A program made the translations under genes and the position numbers. A stretch of 62,761 nt of DNA, counting the filler, from Phoronis australis (lineage: Eukaryota > Animalia > Phoronida), in the NCBI GenBank assembly GCA_002633005.1. It is 4 parts of 4 records of this genome, joined end to end, with 100 filler letters (N's around TTAATTAATTAA, not from the genome) between each part and the next. Parts side by side here need not be neighbours in the genome. Positions count along the whole stretch, not along the records: positions 53,307 to 62,761 come from NMRA01000236.1; 3 more parts are not named here. One strand, given 5' to 3'. The notes beneath the pieces were generated by a model. It saw nothing but the letters and a program-made list of their open reading frames with translations, did not search any database and was not told the origin of the DNA. Of the stretch, positions 53,207 to 62,761 are shown piece by piece. Numbering within the stretch: position 1 is the first letter of the stretch; every line of letters starts with the position of its first letter.

Positions 53207-54430
53207 NNNNNNNNNNNNNNNNNNNNNNNNNNNNNNNNNNNNNNNNNNNNTTAATTAATTAANNNNNNNNNNNNNNNNNNNNNNNNNNNNNNNNNNNNNN
53301 NNNNNNTGGACACGACGTATGCTGCTGACTCCTCTTGCTTTGACGACGTTGAGGACAGACTGCATGATGGATGAAGCTACAGCCTATCAAAACAATTCAC
53401 ATGCATAAATACAAATAATAGATATTCACACATACCTTAGCGGTCATACAATTTGGTGGTGTAACTCCTTAAAACACATGTACAACAAAAACACATAATC
53501 AAAACTACGTGACTCATCATTATCACAGTCAGATGTTCCATTTCAATTACCGCAAAATCGCGGGTTAACGCCCATGCCCGTGTAATCGCCCATCCCGATT
53601 TTTGGTCAATTTCAGTTTAAGCGCCCACCGCTTGGGTAATCGCCCATCCCTTACTTTGTGCTAATTTCCACGTAAGCATCCATCTCTCGGGTAATCGCCC
53701 ATCCCCAACATACCGCTTACAGAACTTACACTCAAACCCATGCGGATACGGAATGACATTCAAGCTCTGTGGTATGACATTTTGCAGCATGCTGTGGTTG
53801 TTAGATCCTGCTGTTTGACCAAACATACAAGTTCCGTGCTTGAATGAACAATCCACAAACTTCCCCAGTTCTGCTAAAACTTGGACATATGCGGTCACTG
53901 TTTGGGTAATTGCCCACCCACGACTTTTTGCCAATTTTTCTGTTTAAGTGCCCACTGCTTGGGTAATGGCCCACCCCCTTTGTCTAAGGGTTTCCCAATT
54001 TAAGCGCACAGGGTGTTAACCCGCGGGTTTACGATACCTTCTTGTGGGAATAGCCAGCCTGTCAGTGACATTCGAACCAAGTAGTTATAGCAGGCGGATA
54101 TGCTCATTTCCAATCCACCACTTGATTTTGGGAAAACTGACTAGGCCGTATGACCCCTCCTCACCTCTCAGCATTTGAATCATTTTTGACACTTTTTATC
54201 AGAGATGTCACGGCTATTCTTGGATTGATTGCCGCTTCAAGATCCTTCTCCATATGCTTATGATGAATAGTATNNNNNNNNNNNNNNNNNNNNNNNNNNN
54301 NNNNNNNNNNNNNNNNNNNNNNNNNNNNNNNNNNNNNNNNNNNNNNNNNNNNNNNNNNNNNNNNNACAAAAACACATAATCAAAACTACGTGACTCATCA
54401 TTATCACAGTCAGATGTTCCATTTCAATTA

Positions 54431-54915
54431 CCGCAAAATCGCGGCTTAACGCCCATGCCCGTGTAATCGCCCATCCCGATTTTTGGTCAATTTCAGTTTA
54501 AGCACCCACCGCTTGGGTAATCGCCGATCCCTTACTTTGTGCTAATTTCCACGTAAGCATCCATCTCTCGGGTAATCGCCCATCCCCAACATACCGCTTA
54601 CAGAACTTACACTCAAACCTATGCAGATACGGAATGACATTCAACCTCCGTGGTATGACATTTTGCAGCATGCTGTGGTTGTTAGATCCTGCTGTTTGAC
54701 CAAACATACAAGTTCCGTGCTTGAATGAACAATCCGCAAACTTCCCCAGTTCTGCTAAAACTTGGACATAAGCGGTCACTGCTTGGGTAATTGCCCACCC
54801 ACGACTTTTTGCCAATTTTTCTGTTTAAGTGCCCACTGCTTGGGTAATGGCCCACCCCCTTTGTCTAAGGCTTTCCCAATTTAAGCGCACAATGTGTTAA
54901 CCTGCGGGTTTACGG
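54431..54915. mobile_element. Tc1/mariner-pogo-type MITE with TA TSD (second copy 53550-54034)
   Basis: ta|ccgcaaaatcgcgg ... gcgggtttacgg|ta, with internal repeats of gggtaatcgcccatcc. Confidence 0.75.
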
Positions 54916-54918
54916 TAC

Positions 54919-55115
54919 CTTCTTGTGGGAATAGCCAGCCTGTCAGTGAAATTCGAACCAAGTAGTTATAGCAGACGGATATGCTCATTTCCAATCCACC
55001 ACTTGATTTTGGGAAAACTGACTAGGCCGTCTGACCCCTCCTCACCTCTCAGCATTTGAATCATTTTTTGACACTTTTCATCAGAGATGTCACGGCTATT
55101 CTTGGATTGATTGCC
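54919..55115 (-). pseudogene. Decayed exon resembling the N-terminal region of Ginger2/KRBA2/NOL4-type integrases
   Basis: SKNSRDISDEKCQKMIQMLRG....FPKIKWWIGNEHIRLL*...DRLAIP, then an AG|GT donor. Resembles the NOL4 segment TVTRKKYERIVQLL...KFKFWVK (recalled, not aligned). Confidence 0.45.
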
Positions 55116-56043
55116 ACTTCAAGATCCTTCTCCATACGCTTATGATGAATAGTACCCATGGTGCGAAGCCAGAGAACAGATGAAACGCAGTAAAACTGAA
55201 AAATAAATTGAACGATTGAAAACCTGAATAACATTGGCCTTCAAAACTGCTCAGTCCGCTCAATTCAAAGAAAAAAGGAAACACTAACAGTGACAATAGA
55301 AGTCGAGATTAATAGTACCTGACTATTTGCAAAGTATGCAAGAAATTTGCACGCAAAATGAGAATATACAGAGCCCTTACACAAATGGCCTAACCACAAG
55401 CACAACTATGAGCAAAACGGCCGTATTCCAATACGCAACATTTCTAGGTTCACGCTAGAGTTTTAAAGGTATTAAACCATTTTCAAAATTATTGGCCAAG
55501 TACTTTCTCTTAGATGCGTACTAAATGGCACAAAATTCATTAACTCATAACAGTATATGAATGCTGAATAATACTGTACAATATTCTCTATGAGAACTAG
55601 TAACAACCAACTTAAGTGTTTACTTTAGTAAGAGCTTAAACACGGCAGGGCTTGCCTGTTAGTTTTTACTCAAATTGTTTGTTCTAATCTAGATAATTTA
55701 GAAAACTCGTAACAGGTTTTTTGTGATTTTACCTTTATTTAAATCAAACAATACATGGTCGCATTACTCAGCTAATTAATACCACACAGAAAATACACAG
55801 ACTAAAATGAAACACTATTGACTTTCAACAATTAAAAAATATATCATTCCCAGAGTGTCTACTAGGTTGGAGTAATCTGTAAATATTTTGGCTAAATGCA
55901 GAGACTAGTACAGTACTACAGCTGCAGGATTTGACTTACGAATGACATGATAACCTTGCTTAACAACAACAAACATACTTCAGTTTTATTATAGCAAATG
56001 TAGGCTCATAATTGCAGTAGGCCTATCACTTTAGTCGACTTAC

Positions 56044-56372
56044 CTGACCAAAACGGCGAAAGTCCTTGGGCCTTGGCACAACTTCGTAAAGCCTTGCGCT
56101 GACTCTTCGTCAAAGTCAACGGATGGGATCCATCCTCCAAAAACTTCTTCACGTCACTCTCACTGTACTTGAGATCATGCATCTTTGCAAAAAAAAACGT
56201 CTGGAATATTCGTGTTCGTAGCAGATAACGACTCAACTGTCTCACAGTAGCGTACAGAAGTGCCCTGGGAAGAAATTTCACGCTCTCAAGACCGGATGCC
56301 AACCTGGCCAATCTGCGCATGCGCAAAGTCGGATTGGGAAGAAATTTCACGGGGAAGAAATTTCACGCGACA
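56044..56372 (-). mobile_element. Ginger-like transposon left end with first coding exon (56182-56044)
   Basis: The - strand reads CCGG|TGTCGCGTGAAATTTCTTCCCCGTGAAATTTCTTCCC. Exon MHDLKYSESDVKKFLEDGSHPLTLTKSQRKALRSCAK...SG ends at a G|GTAAGT donor and resembles GIN1/Ginger N-termini (YL..G.YP.....KR.LR..A). Confidence 0.6.
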
Positions 56373-56654
56373 CCGGCACCATCTCGTTTTTTTACAGCGT
56401 TGCCTCGTTTTGATTTTCCGATAGAGGGTGCAATTTAGACTCAGCCCAAGTTGGCCTGAAATGGACGATTGCAGAAATCGGTTATAACAGTTGAAAACAA
56501 AATCTTTTTCCACAATGAAATCATCTCATTGAACTGACAATATGTCACAGTTTCATTTGTTTAATTTGTTTTTAAACTTAAGTCAAACCCCTACCGTGCA
56601 CGTGCGTGTGTCATATCAAGAAGGCAAAGAGATACTAAAAACTTCACTGAGTTT

Positions 56655-57140
56655 GCACGTGCACGACCTGTCTGGCCATTTTCCAGTTTAGAGCCGTCCG
56701 TATAACAAACCACCTCATTCTTGTGTTCTGCGGTAGGCCATCCATCGCCAATTTCCGTGAAGAAATTGTTTTTATGATTTAAAGTTGTGACCTGGACATC
56801 ACTAGGCATGTTCCATAGTTGCCCAGTCTTGGCCATTAGCTTATTGCAAACATTCCTGTGGCTTCTGTGTGCAACGGAGTCAGGGATGTTAGTTTTCACC
56901 CACTGACCATTATATTTGAGACGAAGTGCAGCAGATGCAGCTTCACCCTCAAGGTATATGTTCATTGGTGGTATACCGATTAGCATTTCTAGGGCTGCAG
57001 AAGGCGTTCCTGGAAAAGCAGAGGTTATGCACAAACAAGCTAGACGTTGCAGCTGCCTAAGTTTGTTGATAATTGTAATCTGTTTTAATGCCGTTACCCA
57101 TATCGACGAAGCATAGGACATTATAGTACTGGCTAATACT
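56655..57140 (-). mobile_element. Non-LTR retrotransposon fragment (RT thumb to RNase H start; R1/LOA/I-group-like)
   Basis: YASSIW...LRQLQRLACLCITSAFPGTPSAALEMLIGIPP...CYTDGSK. Confidence 0.8.
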
Positions 57141-58434
57141 GATTAATCCAAGCCTGGAACATTTCACAGTGCTAGTACTTGTATTTGTTTTGTTGTGGAC
57201 TAACCTTGGTACAAAACTGTTGACTTAATACATAGCTATATAAGTTTGTAGCTTTGTAGCAATATATGTAAAATGCTAACCCAGTAAAATATGACACAAA
57301 ATTAATGTCATTATAAATTCCACTATTTGTATAGTAAACTAAATTAGTTGTCGGTGCTACAAAATCACCGTTCTACTAGTATTCTGCTCCTAAATTTGTA
57401 GAGCAATCTTATCAATATGCATATTTCTGCTTCATGAAGTAGAGGGTCACCTATTGGCTGATTTCTTTTTTGTTATGTCTTCAATCAACTGTTTTTCCAC
57501 AAGGTTGTATGTATGTCTACATCGGAATTGGTTTCATCTCTTGTTTCATTTGTGGTATTTAATACTAGTGAACCAGATTTCTGAGCAAATTTTGTCTCTG
57601 TGAAGCTGTAATCATCTCTTGAAGGGTGTTGCAAAGCATTGACAAATGATGCGTGCATCTGTCCCGAGTGTTAGTACTGTTGCAGTAATATACTCAAGAA
57701 AAAGTGTATTTTTAATAATACTTTTGTATCAAATTTTATTTTGCTCACTTTTTACTGACAGATCTGTCCATAGATTTATGTTTGTTTGATACCATTGGAG
57801 CTTGTGCCGCTGGCGTTTTCTCTTTGTTTAAAATTTGAGCAGTTCAGCAGTGTGACTGGAAGTACAATGTTATGAAATCTGCTTAGCCAATTGTCTTTAA
57901 AAGAATAGAAATTAACTCTAAAATTATATATTTTCTATAAGTAGAAAGCAAACAAACTTTGTTTTGTATGTTCACATTATCAATAATTGGGTGATTTGAT
58001 CATGTATTTATAGTAAAAACCAACAAAAAGGTAACGTACATTCGTTGAAGATTTCATTTGTTAGAAATGCTGAAGATGAAGTCACAAAAATGCTGTCAGT
58101 TTTTGGAAACATTTTGTTATTTTAGTTTTTTATAAAAATCAAAAATGTCTTATTTTCATAGCCCTGATAGAAAAGTGCAAGGTTTTAAAAGCATCCATAA
58201 AACTGCTTACAGAATAGTGCATAAAGCATAACCAATGTATTCTTAAGTAGAGATGCACTTGTCTGTATTAGTGGAATTGTGGAAATTATAAAGTAAAAGA
58301 TAGCTTGCTTGTTCTCAAATTAATACATCAACTCAGTGAAATTTATCAGTTGTAATCTTGTAGACCTACTTTTTGATTGGGCTGTAGGATTTGGTTGGTG
58401 GACTTGTTTTGAACCTGTAAAAGTGATTTTAATC

Positions 58435-58517
58435 ACCTTGAGGCATTCCAAGTTCTGAAAGCCATTCAAAGTGCCTTTTTAGAATAGCTTTGATCAGAAC
58501 TTGGAATGCCCTCAGGT
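58435..58517. other. Long imperfect hairpin upstream of the GTF2E1 coding exon
   Basis: ggcattccaagttctga pairs perfectly with tcagaacttggaatgcc, with further imperfect pairing on both sides. Confidence 0.7.
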
Positions 58518-58580
58518 ACATTTTGGATTTGCAGACAGTTGTTAGACAATTGCTAACTGAAAATGCTTGTTGTTTTCAGA

Positions 58581-61049
58581 ATGACTTCAACACCAAGGTC
58601 AACCCCCTTTGAACCTGAATTGCTGACTGAAGTGCCTTCCGTTTTGAAGAAATTGGTACGCTACATTCTACACGGATTTTACGGAGTAGAATTTGCTGTT
58701 GTCATGGATATGTTGGTTCGCAACCCGTGCATGAAAGAAGAGGACATACTAGATCTGCTCAAGTTTGAACAGAAACAACTTCGTTCGATTCTAAACAAAC
58801 TCAAGATGGAAAAGTTCATCAAACAGCGAATGAGAGTAGAGACAGATAAGGAAGGGAAGACAACGAAACACAACTATTATTTTATCAACTACAAAATGTT
58901 TGTCAACGTTGTCAAGTATAAACTCGATCACATGCGTCGGAAAATCGAAACGGAAGAGCGAGACGCGACCAACAGGGCATCATTCACTTGTCCATCCTGC
59001 GGGAAATCGTACACTGATCTAGAGGCAGACCAGTTGTATGACTTCGTCTCGCAGACGTTCAAGTGTATGTTGTGCCTTGTCGAGGTGAAGGAGGATGTTA
59101 GCGCAAAGCCTCAGATTGACGCGCGGACGTTTTTGGCCAAGTTTAATGAACAGATTGAGCCGGTGTACGTGATGTTGCGGGAGTGTGACAATTTCAAACT
59201 CGCCCCAGAGTTGTTAGAGCCAGAACCAACTGACATGAAGAAATTATTAAAGTATGTTGTCCTATTTCGATGAAATTTCTTCTTGTAACCTGGCAAAATT
59301 TCAAAGTGTAAATTTATGCCAGTTTTCAAAGGATTTTGTGTTTTTGTCTGAGGTTCTCAGTTTTTGACATAAGCTCAACAAAATTAAACTCATTTAGCCA
59401 ACAAACATACTAATTTTAAGGATATTCAATTGAGGAAAGACTAAGTTATGATCAAGCTTATCCACTCTCCAGACATTTTTTGTCAAAAGATTATTTTATT
59501 GCACATGCCAAAATGATGCTCAGTGTGCAGACGTGTGTACAGATCCATCTTAAGCAAATAGTCATAGTTTGCTCTACATAATCATCATTTATTACTGGAC
59601 GATATTTTTTTGGCAATTTGTGATGTGCCGTTGACTTTGGGGAAAGCTATGAGGAGCTTTTCATGTTCAAATTTTCCTTTAAGTTTCAAATGTTACGAGC
59701 AAAAATATGCTTGTGAGATAAGAGTGTAACTTTTTTCTTTTTGACTGTTTTAGGTCCTCTATTGGTACATTGTTACACATTGTGTTAGGAAATGTTGTTG
59801 ATAGTCACTCATACTAGCTGCAGTTCTGCGTCGTTAGAATTTTATTTGTTTCTATTCAACTCCACTTCACCTGTTCTAGATCTGCGGGTTTGACAGAGAG
59901 CTCTAAGAAAACACTTGGGGAACGTACAGTATGGTCTGGGGATGCGAGTAAAGAGCGTACATATGGTTACAATGAGAGTACGGTCACTATCAACATGGGC
60001 GACCAGGTCAGTAATGCACCAGTGGATGAGCGACCAAAGAAAGAACAACCCATATGGATGTCACAGAGCACTGTAGATGGCGCTGTGTCAGAGTCAGTGT
60101 TTCAGGTACTACCAAGATATTGCACTTATTTTCTTGCTTCAGTTATCAACGCTATTTTTTCAGAACAAAATAAATATTTTCTGCCTTGCTTTATTTTTGA
60201 ATATAAAAATCACTCTGTTACACTGTTACAGATTTTAAACTTTGTATCAGCTTCTTTTGTCTTGTGGTTTTATCAGAATTATTGATGTTTGGCAGGAACT
60301 CTTTATTTTTACCCATTAAGTTGCTTGTGATGGTGGGTTAGTTTCAGTTGCCTATGCAGTATGGCCATCCAAGGAATGACTGTCAATTTATTGTGAATCA
60401 ATTTTAGATCAAAAGTTTGTATCTGAAATTGAATTTGAACTTGTTTTTGACACTTTCCATTCTGCTTTAGTACAGGGGCAAGGTAAGTGTGTATTATTCT
60501 GTGCTGGAATATACATGGATGACTGTCTAATCATAGTGTGCACTTGATGACCCGAGCATTAAAGTTATAAGCTCAAGTCTGAACTCCAAATCTAAAGGTT
60601 CTAATTGAGTTTATAGCTGGAATTTAGGCGTCACTGAGTGCAAACTTGGACTTGAGTTGGTAACAAAGTAAAATGCAAAATGTCAAAAAATAATTTCCGA
60701 GATCAATTCCATGTGTTAAGATAAGCACACGAACACAGAACATTGTCTTGGACCTTTGTCCAATTAAGTTGATCAAACAACCTTCTTCCTCTATAAATCC
60801 TATCTACGTGTATTCTTTAACGAATACCCCAATAACGATCTCAAGGTGGATTTTTGATGAATTTCCAGCCTGTTGATCAACCTGGCACATCAAAGACAGT
60901 TAAAGATCCCATGGCTGTGGAGAACAAAGAGATTATTCAGACATTACTTGTGCACGAAAAGAAGGCCCCGGCTGTACACGTACCGGCGGGGAGTGACGAG
61001 GGCTCTTCAAGTAGCGAGTCAGACGACGAGGTTAAACCTGGGAATGCAG
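58581..61049 (+). CDS. GTF2E1: General transcription factor IIE subunit 1 (TFIIE-alpha), 3' end not seen
   Basis: Exons 58581-59251, 59880-60105 and 60869-61049 are phase-compatible. Motifs: [40 protein letters not shown], zinc ribbon CPSC...[33 protein letters not shown]. Confidence 0.96.
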
Positions 61050-62761
61050 GTAATTGCATGTTGATTAAAAAGTTTATTTCGTTCATTTTAAAAATGATTA
61101 AATACAAAGTTTACTCATTTTGGCTATGGTTTGTGTTTATTTCTAAAAATGCGTTTCTTTCAAAGAACCTGTCCTGACCAGATGGTCATTTATGGACAAT
61201 GAACACAGTTGAATCGGAGGACGTACCTGGTGTGCGCGGTAGATGCGACAACTTGAGATAACGCAAGATCACGCAAGACCTCGTTAGATATTGCCATGTG
61301 CTACATGCAAAGCGTGTGAACACACTTGCTTCTGCGGCGAGATTCTTGTTTCTACGGAACTCAACCCGGGTTGCACTGATAAGGATTTATTTTGGGGCTA
61401 ATGATTTGTCCAGCCACAAGTCCTTTTTGTGAACTGTAATTACAAGTGCAGACTTAGCCCACTACCCAAAAGTACTATTTAGTGAACAACTAGTATATTT
61501 TACTGTGAATTATTTGTTAATAGTAAGAAATCCAAAATAAACCAAGGAACTTGTTATTCACGAATTAAACAGTTACTTGAATGGTCAATATTGTTATGGA
61601 TTGAAATCAGTATTAGTACACGTTTATTTGCAGTAACATTTATTGAGTAATATAATAGCGTATACACTTAGTGTCAAGCTTACTCAGTAATAAAAAATTG
61701 ATGTGAAATACAAGTTACGGTTCTGATAAACACTGTCAGATGGTTATGTCAAATGGGTCGTATTTAAAGGCAGAACAAGTATTGGGAACTGTGATTTTGC
61801 AATGAACATTAAGATATGGAGATTACACCTAGTTGGTGGTGTAATTTCAATATTTTAATGATATTGGTTTGCATTACAAAATCAACGCTGGGGAAGACCA
61901 ATAATAATTTGTTCCGAGTGTTGAAAGAAGGAAGAAAACCTTCAAAGGTATCCTTAGGCTATCTTTGTGCTCATTTCATCTTTCACTTTGACACCAGGTG
62001 GCACTAGTAGTTAGCTCTGGACAACATTTTATCATTCTTTGGTAAACAAATCAAGTTCTTTTTACAGATGATTAAATTTATGTGTGACGGGTTTCCTGTC
62101 CTTTTATCCATATACTTACATGCACTTGATTGTGCAGTATAAATAAATGAGACTGAATAGATTGCATGAAATGCCCCACTTTTGGGGCCGAATATCACCC
62201 CAATTATCGATAAAAGCTATTTATAAAAATCATGTAAAATTGACCTCATCAAGCCAAATTTTCAAAGTCTAATGATTTATAAATTACACTTAAGGTTTCC
62301 GTTAGAGTCACTTCTGCAAAATGTTAGTCTTAGCTACTTGAGGCATTGCCAGTGAGGTTTGGTGACAAGGGAGTGGACTCTGTGGTAATGGGGGAGGGTG
62401 ATTTTGCTATCAACCAAAAAGTATGTTGGAAGCATACTACATTACAGAAGTTTTAAAAAAGTTGACAAAAAATTCTTCTTTTGGAAAATAGGCAAAGTTT
62501 CGAAGCAAAACATTTTGGCCAATTTCCAGAAGAAACAAACAGGCTAGTGCTCTCAATGATCATTAGGTGTCTCTAGTGATGTGCACTTACTGCTAATTTT
62601 CAAATGAGATAAACAGATGCACTTGTAGTGCTTTTGACGTCTGTTAAATATCTCTAATGATATGCGAGCAGGTACAGGTGTAGTGAACATCAGATGTCAC
62701 TAGTTATGTGCATTACTCAGGACAGTGCATGAACTGAATTCCTGTATTTACCAATTACCAG

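Larger units (their letters stand above)
53486..55153. repeat. Gap-flanking duplication (53486-54273 vs 54366-55153)
   Basis: Near-identical sequence on both sides of the N-gap at 54274-54365. Confidence 0.85.

Noticed and set aside
53617-54815. Duplicated 105-aa ORFs MAKSRGWAITQ...
   Set aside because: They lie within a MITE; the peptide repeats just reflect its internal DNA repeats.

Overview
Repeat-rich animal genomic DNA, probably a marine invertebrate (inferred from the spliceosomal introns and the TE repertoire), from a gapped draft scaffold. Host genes are an intronless DUF229 (alkaline phosphatase/sulfatase-like) gene, an isolated first coding exon of cytoplasmic poly(A)-binding protein, and the 5' part of TFIIE-alpha (GTF2E1). 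The main feature is an ~18.3 kb DNA transposon (26.7-45.0 kb) bounded by perfect 42-bp terminal inverted repeats with subterminal repeats. It carries two convergent spliced genes: an IS3-like (IS3EU-type) HTH+DDE transposase on the - strand and a cargo gene on the + strand. The cargo gene has a conserved N-terminal domain, a C2HC (UBZ-like) zinc finger and a HECT E3 ubiquitin-ligase domain that keeps its catalytic Cys, and its visible exons splice in frame. The rest is a decayed Hero-type RLE retrotransposon, LINE and RNase H fragments, a BEL/Pao remnant, Ginger-like termini and exons, MITEs with 5-bp or TA target duplications, a Helentron-like tandem repeat, and several probable assembly artefacts (gap-flanking duplicates, TTAATTAATTAA linkers). 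All family assignments come from reading motifs by eye; no database search was run.
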